DNA of 64,000 bases. Source: Eledone cirrhosa. Taxonomy: Eukaryota. Position numbers and translations under genes: made by a program. Location: the NCBI GenBank assembly GCA_964016885.1, contig OZ024755.1, forward strand, positions 8,742,001 through 8,806,000. The letters are read 5' to 3'. Below, piece after piece: positions 42,882 to 59,140 of the stretch. How positions within the stretch are numbered: position 1 is the stretch's first letter; each line of letters starts with the position of its first letter. Under the pieces are notes generated by a model. It was not told the DNA's origin. It saw nothing but the letters and a program-made list of their open reading frames with translations, and made no database searches.

Positions 42882-44654
42882 TCCCTAGGTGGCAACTTGG
42901 TTCAGTGTCATTTACCATGGTCTCTGCCTTGACAAATGCCTTCTATCACGCTGTGTGTGTGTAGAAACATTGATGATGAATATATAGAAGGAAAGCCATA
43001 GACAAGGCTATTGGCTAAGAGAACGTTTTCAAACATTTCCCCTATAGTTTCACATTTGAGTTCCATGAATTTAAGACGATTTGGAAGATAGTAACCATCG
43101 TTTGTGATCGACGCAGAAAAGATGTACAGTTACCATTATATAAATTTACGAAAGGTCTGGATTTGTCGGCTCTTGTGGTATGTGGCTGTAATTATTGGAA
43201 AATTAAAATTACCAATCTATATTATAAAAATCGCATAATATTTTTGTCCGCCTGTCACAGAAACATTGCGTTAGTTTTACATGTGTTTTTTTTTTGTTAT
43301 GTTTTACACACGTTTTCTCTAGAAAGAAATGGAAAAGGAAATGATAAAAAAAAACTTCACGAAAGCTCCATTATTCACATAGAGATGTGTCTATATATTA
43401 TAATCTGTGCCATGTCTTACGACATTTACCATTAACCCTTAATTTCACATATTCCAGGATCTTCAGGGACTTCGTAATATACGATTATATATATAAACTA
43501 ATATCAGGAGAATCTATAAAAAGGAATATTATAATAAAACATTAAAGAATATCATTGAAGCTATATGGATTGTCATAAATAGAATTATTAAGTATGTGGA
43601 TAAATTCCAGTTACTCTCAACCAGTCATTGATAATATATACATGTCTGTGTGTTGTGTGTTGGAGGGTTGGCATAAACTATATACATACATCTGTAATAT
43701 GAATAAATATACTTCTGTATTAAAGTCAGCCTAAATTACCTCTCATGAGTTGATCGGTCTCTTTACATTTCATATCTTTACCAGAGCAGTACTACTGTGA
43801 TGCAATCGATGACTTAATACTTTCAAGATATCACCTCAGAATAGCTACAACACCATGGAAATATCTGAGTACTTAACACGTTCCAAATTTGCAGGGGTGC
43901 CGTCATGACATACGGCATGTCGTGGGCACTTTACATTTGACGCAGAACACCTAACAATGTCTAAATTCATTCGACGTCTCCCAGAAAATGATACTTATTT
44001 CATCGACAACGAATTGATGAAAAATAAAAGGTTACCACGAAAGGATTTGATCTCAGGTCCTAGATAGCCAAACTTATGCCATAAACACAAAGCATTCTAT
44101 CCGACGTCAAGCAATAGTTCCATAAACGTCACAACTAAAAGAAAGACTATAACAGTAAATCTAATCCCAGCCGTTATATTTCTCTATACCAAGAGATTTA
44201 CTTTTAAGGTTTCTGAACTACTGAGAATAAACAGTCTTTAACTCTGAACTCAAGATCTCACAGAGACCTACATAACGAACCACCGACACGCTAAGTTTGA
44301 CGGAGCCGTTTTTATTGATGAGTTACCGATCACAACTATAAATTGATTGAAAGTTAAAGGAAGAAGTATTATTGTAATCTTTTATTCATTTTCCTCTGCC
44401 TGTCTGTTTCACTTTTCCTGTATTTTGATGATGCATTGCCACGATATGTTCAGACTTGACAGAATTAAGTTGGATCAATTCCAGAGTTTGTATATAATGA
44501 TTGCTGAGATAACCGATCAAATTGCCAATAAATTAATTGAAAGCACGATCAGTTCTTTCTCTGATGATTCAATGGAAATAGATTTCTTTTTCCTCCCAGC
44601 GTTTAATATATACAAATAGTACAGAGTGAGTGTCGGGAAGGAGAATAATGTGGG

Positions 44655-44694
<40 letters not shown>

Positions 44695-44744
44695 ATGTAT
44701 ATATGTATAAATACACAAACACACACACACAAATATGTATGTAT

Positions 44745-44783
<39 letters not shown>

Positions 44784-45621
44784 TGAGAATATGAGACCAA
44801 AGGAGGTAGTATGAAATAAAATAAAACAAAAGGGAGATAGAGAGAGTGTCAGATAGACCGATTAAGGAATGGAGAAATGTTGATATAATCAACGAGGGGG
44901 AGGTTAAACTAAAGAGATATGTACCCGATATTATGCAGGTGTGTATGGAGGAACTAGTTGGAGATTTTATTTTAAATAAGAAATGAAGACACAGAGTGTG
45001 TGTGGGGGGGCGTGTGTGTGTGTGTTTATGCATGTGTATGTGTGTGTTGCTGATTGAAAACAGAAGGGTGTTACGTAAAAGGGAGAGACGCAGGTGAGAC
45101 TCCAGAGTAACAAGGCTTAGCCATAATAATACTTCGGTATTGAGTTTAGATGTGTGTTTGGGTAGTTTGGGGAGAAAAATATAGTTATTGGGGAGTGGCG
45201 ACCCCCTACTCTCCCCCCACCCACGTCCAGTTTTACCACCCCTGAATGAGTGAGCGAGAGAAAGAGAGAGAAATGTGTTGATATCTAAGAGAAGGTTGGC
45301 TATTACAAAGCAAGCTATCGTTAATATATCCTAAGATATAATTCCATTTGATTACATCTACGTAATATTGATTTCCATCTTAAACCCAGGACACCATTAT
45401 ATTGCTTCCGTTATCGATTCTGAACTGTGGGTAAGTAATCTAGATTCAACTACTATAGGAATTGAAATTGGAAATAGCCACCTCATTGATTTAGTTACGG
45501 CTCAGTCCTGCGTAGGTTTAGTTCACCTCCTACTATGAGGTGGCATCTCCTGGGAGTTTTCTTGTGTGTTTTAATGATGGAGGCACCAGTTATCACACAC
45601 ACACACACACCCACAACACAC

Positions 45622-45653
<32 letters not shown>

Positions 45654-46130
45654 TACACACACAAACACACTCACACACACACTATCTCTCTCTCTATCTC
45701 TCTCTCTCTCACGCACACACACACACACATTAGCCTTTATACAGTGTTTCTAGAACTACATTCGTTCGTGGTTTAATGTAACACCAGTTGCTGCAACACT
45801 TCTCTCGTTGTCACCCTGTCGCATCACTTACAAACCCTGACACTGCAGCCCATATAGCAAAAGAGACAATGATTTCTAATTACTGGGACTTGACTGGCTG
45901 CTTTCTCTTCGTATCAGTCGATGTTAAAATCTCTGGTGTCTTCGGTGTCCGGTCTCTCCGAGGAAAGGACAGGTGAGGTAGAATCGCTGATGCAGTGGGT
46001 ATCACTGGCCGCACTCAGCACAGTGTTTAAGCCATCATGTTCGCAGAGCGCAGCTGAGATATACACTGAAAGCACGAATATAATGATTGCCCATACCTCT
46101 TTTTCTCTCTGTCTCTCTGTATATTGGCAA

Positions 46131-46323
46131 GGGGCGGTGGAGTGGCAGTATCAGTAGAGGGTCGGACGCCATCCTTTGCAGCATAGAGTTATAGCCCTTG
46201 CCATTCTGAGTTCAAATCCCGCCAAGGTTAACTATGCCTTTCATCCTTACGGGGTCGATAAAATAAAGTACCAGTAATGCACTGGTAAATGCTGTCCTTG
46301 TGCCAAAAGTAGAAACAATTATT
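46131..46323 (+). mobile_element. Full-length tRNA-derived SINE
   Basis: Starts GGGGCGGTGG; has A/B boxes, core and ATT tail. Confidence 0.9.
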
Positions 46324-46857
46324 TCAATTTTTCCTTTACAAATACATACAAAATTGTATATTTCTGTTCAACAACGAATATATATGATTATATTTAAATC
46401 TGTCGAGGTAGAGCTTGGCTGCTCTATCGAGGAAGTTTGGCTGCCTTTTATTGAGGGCGAGAAAACACGTAGGAGTTTCCCTTTTATTATTGGTCGAATT
46501 TGTTATTGTTCAAATTAAACTTTCATCTTTCCAGGGATAAATACAGCGTGAGTATGTGAAACATACATTGATTTACTAGACAAAACATTCTTCTCAACAA
46601 AATATATCGCTATGTGTAACATAGAAATCAATACGGACTGATCGTAATACATATCAAGACAATAAGATTATTCGGTCTATTAACCTCCTGTTTAGAGATA
46701 AAACATTTCAAATATTTATATGTATATTACACTCTGGTTCGCTCGGTTTCACCAACGTTCATCATCGAATAAAACACTTGATGTTGATCAGAGATCAAAC
46801 CAATTGAAACGTGCAATTTTATACACACACAGATATATACACATATATAGATATATA

Positions 46858-47166
46858 TATAATATAGAAGATCAAAAGATGATTAAAAGAGTTCCAAGTA
46901 TTTTATTATGCGCATTTCAAAAACAAATATCATCATGCGATGACATTTGTGTTTTCGTCAGATAAAATAGGGAGACATGATACGAAGGTTAAAAAACACT
47001 TGTGAATAGTGCAGTTTTAAATCAACGTAATCAAAATACATGGAACTCTTTTAACCATCTTTTGATCTTATATATTATTTATACTCCAGTCCTACACACT
47101 GTAGAGTGCTACTTATCCGATATCTGCATTGCTTTATTGTACTACAATAAAACTCACACCTCCTAC
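46858..47166. mobile_element. Family F element carrying the canonical HHR
   Basis: Inverted arms about 46858-46906 and 47028-47079; ~90-bp tail to 47166; TA-rich flanks. Confidence 0.75.
46899..46969 (-). ncRNA. Type I minimal hammerhead ribozyme with canonical core (family F)
   Basis: Minus strand reads UAUUUUAU-CUGACGA-[AAACACAAAUGUCAUC gcau GAUGAUAUUUGUUUUU]-GAAA-U GCGC A-UA/-AUAAAAUA. This gives an 8-bp stem I, an intact CUGANGA/GAAA core, a ~16-bp stem II with one mismatch, a very short stem III with a palindromic GCGC loop, and an AUA cleavage triplet (cut between 46907 and 46906). It matches the minimal HHRs described in Penelope-like elements. Confidence 0.85.
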
Positions 47167-47205
47167 ATATATATCTATATCTATATATATATATATATAT
47201 ACATA

Positions 47206-47260
<55 letters not shown>

Positions 47261-47264
<4 letters not shown>

Positions 47265-47514
47265 ATAATAATAAATTTGAAGACAAAAATCCAAAGAGGG
47301 CTCGATAAGGATAAATATATATCAGATATATAAGAACCGTAGAGCAAATATTTATTAAAATAACAGATTAAAGTTTAAGCAAAGAATCGCTGCTTTCACC
47401 CTTAATGAAACAGTTCTAGTCCTGTAGAAGCTCTTCTATATTAAAACTTTTATACTCTTCTATGTATTGAGTACTTTACTTACTGTGGTTACCGCCGATT
47501 GAGCCCGGAATAAG

Positions 47515-47516
<2 letters not shown>
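47261..47516. mobile_element. Chimera of a family A arm (-) and a different HHR-family arm (+)
   Basis: 47261-47405 is the reverse complement of family A up to the stem II loop. 47407-47426 is GAAACAG ttctagtc CTGTA (stem III plus GUA), followed by an unrelated tail. (TA)n on both sides. Confidence 0.65.
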
Positions 47517-47570
<54 letters not shown>

Positions 47571-47939
47571 TATGTTCATATATACTCAGTACAAAAGCGC
47601 TGCATTGGTAAAGAAGGTAAAAACAAGAGAAATATATTTAAATACTAAAAAACGTAATAGTTTCACACATAGTGCACAAATTAGAAAATAGAGGACACGA
47701 GTGTGACAAAATATATGCGTAAAAGTATGAATGATATGAATTATGTGTGTACAGTTGGAATATTGACGCCAAATAGAATTTGGAGAATACCTCTAATATT
47801 TCGGTATAAAAAATTTTGTCAGAGGTAGAGTAAAGAAAGCAATGAATAGAGCATTTTATATCTTGTAGGAACGATACCGAGTTTAAGAGAAGTGGTTTGA
47901 ATAGCACATCCTGCAGAATCCACGCATACACACACACAT

Positions 47940-47986
<47 letters not shown>

Positions 47987-48017
47987 CGTGTGTATATAAA
48001 TATTTGTGTTTGAACAT

Positions 48018-48058
<41 letters not shown>

Positions 48059-48127
48059 CATATATGTGTGTGTGTGTATGTATATATATACATGTGTATA
48101 TATTTACATGTGTATATACAAATATGT

Positions 48128-48213
<86 letters not shown>

Positions 48214-48709
48214 TTATTTATTTATTTATGCATATATATACATATGCACAAACATTATGCACGTTGAAGTTTGTTTCCTCTTTATTTTCATATACATTTC
48301 AGAAATCGCATAAATCAATTACAACTTTTAAAGGCGGCAATTTGGTCAATAGAATCATATTTCTGTTGAATCTAATTAATTTCTATACATAGTGTATTCT
48401 AATATTCTCGTTCGTTTTTAACAACTTTGATCCAACAGACGATACCAAGTCGCTCGGCCTATTTAACTATAACACTTTAGCTCTGTTTTAAAGGCTGACA
48501 TTAACGATTGCAGTAATTGACAACAGGCGATGAAAATTACGTCTGTTTGTTTAACACTGCAGTTCCATTATACACACACACACACGCACACATACTCACA
48601 CACTCACACACACACACACACACATACACACATACATACACATGCATACACATACATACACACCTTGATGCACACACATACAGAACACACACTCTCTCTT
48701 CTTCTCTCG

Positions 48710-48749
<40 letters not shown>

Positions 48750-48750
<1 letters not shown>

Positions 48751-48980
48751 GGGGTAACAAATACAGTTATAGTTAGTCCACTTAAGTGTAATCCAGTTAT
48801 GGTACTCCGGGTAGTGGATGATATCAACGCTTGGCTAAGTTTGACTCAACAAGGCGTTAGAATAACGTGAAAATAAGCGCGTAGCGATCTCTAGACCTAC
48901 CAGTTCAGAGAAACAATTGTCAGCAATGAGATTAAAAATCTTTTTTGTATAGCAATCCGTGTCACTCTTCTTTCCTAATT
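48750..48980 (+). mobile_element. TA-flanked insert with minimal HHR 3' half (family H)
   Basis: GAAAC AATT GTC at 48910-48921; non-repetitive island between (TA)n arrays. Confidence 0.45.
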
Positions 48981-49063
<83 letters not shown>

Positions 49064-49267
49064 AACATAATAAAACCAGAAGAACATACACACATAAATA
49101 CATTCATACATACATACATTAATACATATATACATGCATACTTACCTTTGTAGCTACCTACGTACCAATACTGCAGTCTCATTACACACACATATAGACA
49201 CTTTCTTGTTGTCTCTTTCTCACTCTGTGTTATATATATATATATATATACATACATATATATATAT

Positions 49268-49351
<84 letters not shown>

Positions 49352-49355
49352 ACCA

Positions 49356-49396
<41 letters not shown>

Positions 49397-51292
49397 TGGA
49401 AATATATACACAAAATAAAACCACCAGAGCATATATACATACATACATACATACATACATACATACATACATACATACATACATACATACATACATACAT
49501 ACATACATACATACATACAAGCATACATTCGTACATATATACATACGTATATTCGTACGTACATTTGTTCCAACACATTCTTAAGAAGCAACACTGAAGT
49601 GTCTAAGTCATAAACATCTTTGTCTTTGTTCTTTTTCCATCACATTAGATTCCTCGGTTCTGTATTTGTGTAAATTGATTTCATATAGTTTAACACTTTC
49701 ATTACGTGTTTCTAATTAATTACACTAATTATGCTTATAATTTTTCAAATACTTTGAAATATCCAAGAATTTAGAATGCTTTATCAATAACTAACTTTCT
49801 CATTATTAAGCAGATGTTTATAACATATTCTGACAATAACCTTTGTTTAGCATATTTCTTATGAAATACAACGTCTGTTACTTTCAAATAATTTTGAAAA
49901 TATTCAAGAATGTGGGAGGATTTAGTAAAATAACTAACTTTCTCAATTATTTAATTGGTGTTTGTAACACAACCATTTTTCTTACATAAATTTATAATGA
50001 TAGTTTTATAGATAAATATAACTACATTAAAACAAACAGCCTTATATAATACAACCAGAGGCTGTTTGGTTATAAAAGTGTTATTCACCAGTTGTGAGAC
50101 TAGTTTCTAATTAAGTCTTCTTTGTTCTTATTCCACCTTGTATTGAATGTCTCAGAGGGCTTGGACCAGCCGCCACTTTTGACAAGAACTCTCACACAAA
50201 TAAGATAAGCATTTCACGCTGTTCATAAAGTTATTAATATTTCTAGTGTCATTCAAAATATAATTAGTACATGGTCTAGAGTACATTGACATTTAACTTA
50301 CACACATACACACGTATACACACACATATACATATATATATATAATATGTGTGTGTGTATATATATATGTATGTAGGTATATAAAAAATAAAATTTCACT
50401 CTCTCTATATATATATAGCATGGCCTCAGTCGGATGACTCGGATAGGTATACGAGTAAAAGAGTATGTATATGTATTTATATTAAAAAGAAATATATATA
50501 TACGCATATATGTATATGCATATATGTGTGGGGGTTGGTTTTTGTGTGCTGTGTTGTGTGTGTGTGTGTGCATGCATGGTAGTAATGAAATAGCTACTCA
50601 GATGAGGTTGAAACAAAACTAATTCCAATGTGTATAAAGATTAGAAAACCTAATTAATTAGAAAATATGTCAAACAGTAATGAGAGAGGCGGGTGTATTT
50701 ATGTATTTATGAGTATATATATTTATATATTTATGTATTTTTGTATTTATGTATTTATAATCTAGATGTTGGATACACAATGATATATCTATTTTATATA
50801 TATTTTATTCTATTTTATTTTCAATCAGATATAATGATTTCTGACGCTGGCACAATGCCCGAAATTTATCGGGAAAATGACATGACTTTTGATATATTTG
50901 TGGTAATTATTTTATCGACTAAAAAATAGTTGAAAAAACAGAATGGATCTCTTCCTGCCACATTATCAATGAGAATGTAAAAGCAAGGCATTAGCTTAAT
51001 ACTCTAAAGGATTTCTCCCCGACACCACTCTACTAATTCCTTCATTCATAGCCTTTCTTTTAAATCTGATTTATACTCTAGATAAATACAGTTCATTATA
51101 TGTAACAAGGCGATGATATAGTGCCAGCCGCTTGCCTTCTTTTTATCATATGTTGTTGTTGTTCTCTTGCTTGTTGTTTTTCTTCTTGCTGTTGCATTGG
51201 TTGATATCACTGTCGTATGTATTGTTGTTTTTGTTGTCTTTGCCATTGTTGCTGCTGGTGTTGTTATTGTTGTTGTTAATGATGATGATGAG

Positions 51293-51372
51293 GATAATAT
51301 TTAGTCCCTGGCGAAAATGACTACAAGCGATGATGATAATATTTAGTCCCTGGCGAAAATGACTACAAGCGA
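51293..51372. repeat. 42-bp-period tandem duplication
   Basis: GATAATATTTAGTCCCTGGCGAAAATGACTACAAGCGA occurs twice. Confidence 0.9.
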
Positions 51373-52916
51373 AATCATTCTAGCTATGGCTAGCCCATCT
51401 TTGAAAACGCCCGTGGAACAACATTATACAATTTACTATCTCCGTTTTCCAACCTAGTAGAGTGGAGTCTGATGAGGGTGAGACTTTGCAGATATATCTA
51501 ATACGTGTGACCATATCTCTCTTTTCTCTCACCTGTGGTTAAACACCGTTGTTGTTTAGCTCCATATCAAACACATTTATTATCAAAAGAATTCCCATCT
51601 TTTAACGGCATCTTGAAATATATTACTTAATATATGTTATCTGAGTGAAAATCCCATTGATATCAATCCAGATGAAACCACCCTGAATATTAGATTCTAG
51701 GCTGTTTATTTTAAATTGTTTGTATTAATTTAAAAATCAACTTTCTAAAATAATTTTATATGGGAATTTTTCTTAAAATATGTTCCTTATACCAGCTTTA
51801 TAATGTGAAATATAGTCGTTTTGATAAATCACGCGAAATTATTTTAAAATCCTGGGAAGTGTTTTTTATCAGAAATATGGCAACGAAATGGTTAAATATT
51901 ATACTACATCGAACTTCTTCTATCAATAAAAAAAAATCAACAAAATGCAGAATTGAGTATTTGAAATCTCAAAACAGGTAGTTACAGTAGTGATAATATT
52001 TGCAACTAATCATATGAGCTAGCAGTTGTATAGTTTCTTTCTTATCCCCTATTAATACAATGTTGAATAAACTTCTATATAACACAATTATCCACGTTCT
52101 TTTAGCAGACACTCCCTGCGCTACCTTACGTACGTGTGTCTACGATACAGAAATGCAAAGAGGCGGAGAAACAGATGCAAAATGAAAAATAAAAGTTCAA
52201 TTATAAACACAAATCTTTTGATACTTAATATTGATTATTTCTGATCGATAAACTTTCAAAAGACATTGCTGTGAATTATAACAGGCTACATATCATCTTT
52301 TATCTATTATTTTTGTTAGTTTTTAACATTTTTTAAATTTGTATATTACTTTAGTTTTGTTTTGATTTCATAGCAAGTTTAAACTGATTTAATGTCTTTC
52401 CCAGAAAACTATTCTCTTCAAAGCAGCTATTTTTCATATTTTTTTTTCGTTCTTTCTAAAGTCAGATTTAAACAAATTATAAAAATAACATCTTACTGTA
52501 TAAAACTGAAATAATTTCGTATTTATGGTATGTATTCAGTAAAACACTGTACAATATGGCTGACTAGCCACGTTACACTGCAATTTTGTTCACTGTTGAT
52601 CATTATCTCCCTTGCGTGAATTTTCAATTACTGATTTATAAAAGTTAACAAAAAATAAAATAATACTAAATATAATAAGTAGTAAAAGTTATTCAATAAC
52701 AGAATTATTGCAATAAAAATTTGAAGACGGCGAATATTTTTAAAACAGGTTTTCATTTTAAAGTCAGAGAAATATTTAGCTGTTTGAAAATCTGCTGGTA
52801 ATTATTTTAAAGCGGAACCAAATATTAGATTTAGTTAGAATGGCGTCGCAATGAATAACCTCTCTCTCTTTCTCTCTTTCTCACAGCCTCTCTCTCTATA
52901 TAAATGTACATATATA

Positions 52917-52988
<72 letters not shown>

Positions 52989-53028
52989 ACATACATATAT
53001 ATATATATATATAGATATAGATATGTAT

Positions 53029-53060
<32 letters not shown>

Positions 53061-53233
53061 GTATATGTATAGGTATACGTGTGTAGCTGGGAGAAGCAAG
53101 ATGAATTGCATGGATAGAAAGATGTGTAATTTATTATATTTTAGATAAAATATACTCAACACACCCATACACACACACACACACAAACATATATATATAT
53201 ATATATAGTAATAATAATAGATTTGAAGACTTA

Positions 53234-53303
<70 letters not shown>

Positions 53304-53602
53304 CTTCCTTCAGCTTCTTCTAACGCCAGAGAGAAGAGATAAGCGGTTAATATTTATTTCGAAATAATATATATTTTTTAATGATATCATTTGTTTTAAT
53401 CTATAAATATAGCTGCTGAATTTCTTATGCCGTATCTGTTTCTCTTGTATTTCTTTCGCTCTATCTATTTTCTATTTATTTAGTTTTCTTGTGTATTGAT
53501 TCTCAGAAGAATCTGGCTTTTTTGTTCTGGAACTATATCGTGGAGATAAGAGAAACGTTGCAGTGGAGAAAGCTTCATATAGAGAGGGGAAGATAGAGGG
53601 TC

Positions 53603-53661
<59 letters not shown>

Positions 53662-53884
53662 GCAGAAAAGCCATACGCACAGCAGATTCACACTAGGAGA
53701 GAAAGGGAGAAAGTCATCAAGAAAAATCGGTGCACACAAATGCATAATGAGAGAGTGGTGCACATATACGGTGAGAGAGACAGAAACACAGCAACAGATA
53801 AAGAGAGAGAGTGTGGGTGAGATAGACCTACACAAAATGAGAGAGAGAAGGAGAGAAACACAAAATCACAGTGATATATATATA

Positions 53885-53964
<80 letters not shown>

Positions 53965-53987
53965 TTTATATATATTTATTTATATAT

Positions 53988-54028
<41 letters not shown>

Positions 54029-54275
54029 AATAAAGAAAGACAGGGAAAGATAGAGAGATGTAGATGAAGAGAGAGTGAAAAAGATTCAGAGAGATAGAAG
54101 GAGTAAAACATTTCGAAAGAAAGAAAGGGAGAGACATACAAAGGGAGAAAGAGAGGAAAATGCACAAGTGCACAGTGAGAGGGGAATAGAGACAAACATA
54201 CACTGCTGTGATAGATAGAGAGATGTTTAAGAAGACGAAGATAACAATATACAGAGAAAGAGAGAGGGAGAGATT

Positions 54276-54319
<44 letters not shown>

Positions 54320-54740
54320 CATATACAATGAGAAAGAAAAAAATACACACATGCTGTGTGATATAGAGAGACATTGATAAAGAAAGAGGGAAGAAAGGCT
54401 GAATGTCAAGTTATTGGAGGGCGAGAGAGAGAGTCAGACTGTGAGAGAGAGAGATAGACAAATACAGCGACTGATAGAGAAATCTCGAGAAAGATGCAAG
54501 GAAAAAAAGATATAGTGAGAGAAAGAGAAACAGCGAGAGCGAGAGGGATATATTCAATGCTTTCTTTATTAACCACAAGGGTTTTGGTGCTTTCTTTAAT
54601 AACCTAAAAAAGAAAGCATTAAAACCCTTATGGTTAGACAGATATGATGTAAAGATTGAGAGAGAGTGTGTGGGAGAGGCATAGGGACATACACAGAGAG
54701 AGATAGGGAGAGAGAGCGCGAGAGATACATGCAAACAAAC

Positions 54741-54813
54741 ATAATTGTTTCTACTTTTGATACAAGGCCAGCAATTATCCCAGTGAATAACTGGTACTTT
54801 ATTTTATCGACCC
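54741..54813 (-). mobile_element. SINE 3' fragment
   Basis: Matches the 3' 70 bp of the family. Confidence 0.8.
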
Positions 54814-54942
54814 TTCTGACTCTTTCTCACTCTTTCTCTCTCTTTCTTGCTCTTTCTCACTCTTTCTAACTCTTTCTCGTTCTCTATTTTCATTTCTCTT
54901 TCATATTCTTATACTTCCTCTGTCACTATGGATCTCCCTCAT

Positions 54943-54974
<32 letters not shown>

Positions 54975-54998
54975 CACACACACACAAACTCACATACC

Positions 54999-55052
<54 letters not shown>

Positions 55053-55110
55053 TACACATATTTATATATATATATATATGCGTGTGTGTGTATGTATATG
55101 TGTGTGTGTG

Positions 55111-55157
<47 letters not shown>

Positions 55158-55612
55158 TTATGTGTGTGTGAGTGTATACTATTCTCTTCTTTGAATCAAC
55201 AACAAAAAAATGGACAATTACAAAAACTCATCCTTATTATTAAACTTTCATTTCTTTATCCCCCAAGGCTCAAACTGCAGATTTCTTCCACCTTAATAAT
55301 TTATATTCCAGTGTTTCAATATAGGTGGCGGGGATGTAACTTCTGTTATTTATGTCAATAAAGAGTTGCTTTTATGATATTTTCATTCCACCTGTGCAGG
55401 GAAATTCGAATATTTCTCTGGTGTGTACAAATACGAAGTGGAGTGAAAACTACTTTGGGAAGGATTTACAAGTAGAAGGTAAACAATACTTCGTTGTGAT
55501 GAATGAATTAATAACAACGATGTTAAATTTCTGAAACCCTTAAAATATTTACAAATAACATCTTTCTTTCTCTCTCTACCCTCTTTCTATCTGCCTGTTT
55601 TATGTATGAATA

Positions 55613-55680
<68 letters not shown>

Positions 55681-55688
<8 letters not shown>

Positions 55689-55823
55689 ATAAATAAGTCA
55701 AATATTTAAAATTTAAATATTTGACTTATTTTACATTACTCCGGAGTTACCAAACCAGCCTGCGCACTTCGTCGAGTGCTCCAATCTGTATACTGAGGTG
55801 TCGGTAAACAACCAACATATACT

Positions 55824-55826
<3 letters not shown>
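55681..55826 (+). mobile_element. Family G small foldback plus tail in (TA)n
   Basis: Perfect 20-bp inverted repeat 55691-55710 / 55712-55731, followed by a ~95-bp tail, between TA arrays. Confidence 0.5.
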
Positions 55827-55870
<44 letters not shown>

Positions 55871-56050
55871 ATACTTGGGGAGGGTCATATTTGTTTAATA
55901 ATATTGCCAGAATTAATAACAGAACACGCTCACTGTTTGGTTGGTTTTCGCTTCTGTGTCTTTTATATCGGTTAATTTAATTTATTCGGTCCTCAATGTT
56001 ATCATTGACTGACCAAAAGATACAGATACAATATAGACACAAACACCAAG

Positions 56051-56177
<127 letters not shown>

Positions 56178-56226
56178 TATAGTATCGTAAGATAGGATGG
56201 AGCGGAGAGATACAACAAATATACAG

Positions 56227-56262
<36 letters not shown>

Positions 56263-56283
56263 ATACATACACATATAAATATA

Positions 56284-56435
<152 letters not shown>

Positions 56436-56670
56436 GTATGTATGTATGCATGCATATGAATATATAGAAATGTATGTATGTATATAAAACTGTGTATATG
56501 TGTGTGTTTAACACAGGATAAACTGAAACTTCTTTCTCTCGTACTTAATATAAACACTTTGCAAATTACATCAATAACAATGTATTGCTGCCTCTAATAC
56601 AGACTTTCAACAGGGAACATCATGTTCATATAATAGCATTGAGTGCTTAAACTGATTCCAACTATAAAAT

Positions 56671-56878
56671 GATAATTGTTTCTAGTTTTGACACAAAGCC
56701 AGTAATTTGAATGAAAGTAGAAAGTCAACTAAATTGACTTATTGCGTTGCTGGTACATCGTTTTATCGACCCTTTAAAAATGAAAAGCAAAGCCAACCTC
56801 GGCAGGATTTGAAATCAGAAAGTAAAGGGCCACAACTACTTATATACAGCAAAGCATGTTGCCCGACACTGCCACTGC
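56671..56878 (-). mobile_element. Diverged long-form SINE
   Basis: TTTTATCGACCC...TGAAAAGCAAAGCCAACCTCGGCAGGATTTGAA. Confidence 0.65.
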
Positions 56879-57247
56879 ATGTCCTATTTATTATATATGT
56901 AATAGTATTATATTTTATATCTAGTCACAAATATACTCACAAAAACATTTAATAATTATCAACCATTTTAAACATCTATAACATATCAATACATACATAT
57001 ATATATATATATATATTGTTTTGTTCAGTCTACTGAAACAATCAAAGAATAACCAATAACCGTTCTTCTTCTTCTTGATCATCATCACCATCACCATCAT
57101 CATCATCATCACAATAACAACTCTGCCGCCGCCTTCTATATTATTTTCCTTCACCATGCAATTTACTAGACACTTCATTAGTTCCTACATAACTTATACT
57201 AGTGATTTGAATAAAATTTCAAGAAAGCCAGACTATAAGGCCACTTT

Positions 57248-58420
<1,173 letters not shown>

Positions 58421-58765
58421 ACGCATGCTTGATTCACATACATACACACACATATACACACATAATTGTAATTATGTCTGAGTTTATCTATCTGTTTATT
58501 TATCCATTGAAAGATATACAGATTGATATATAGGTACATATATATATGTACTTATATGTGTGTGTATGTCTCTATAAATGTGCGTGTGTATGTGTAGTTA
58601 TATATGTGCGTGGATATACTTGTTGCACACACAAATTATCTATGTACTTTTATTATACAGGTGAACCTTCGATGAAGCTCTGATTTGAAATAACAGTCTT
58701 TATCAATAAAAAACTGAACTATTCTGATAGAAAGAATCTACAACGTTTGTAGCATTATCGTACCA

Positions 58766-59128
58766 TTTGGTAGTATCGGTAGAGCGTCGGACACCATGCT
58801 TTGCAGCATAGAGTTACGCCCCTTTATGATCTGAGTTTTAATTCCGCCGAAGTTAACTTTGCCTTTCATCCTTTCGGGGTTGATAAAATAATGTACCACT
58901 GACGTACTAGGGTCGACTTGGTCGACTTTCCCCTCACCCCAGGTTGCTGGCCTTGTGCCTATACTCGAAATCATTATTATTATACGGTGGTGGATTGGCA
59001 GTATCGGTAGAGTATCGGACGCCATGCTTTCCAGCATTGAGTTACGTCCCTTTACGGACTGAGTTCAAATCCCACCGAGGTTAACTTTGCCTTTCATCCT
59101 TACGGGGTCGATAAAATAAAGTACCAGT
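58766..59128 (+). mobile_element. Tandem SINE pair (long form 58766-58983; second copy 58986-59128 truncated at 3' end)
   Basis: Two head-to-tail copies; the second ends at GTACCAGT, followed by (TA)n and the family D element. Confidence 0.85.
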
Positions 59129-59140
59129 TATATATATATA

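Noticed and set aside
51280-51372. ATGATGAGG...CGAAA as an HHR
   Set aside because: No proper stems or NUH; it is a simple 42-bp duplication next to (GAT)n.
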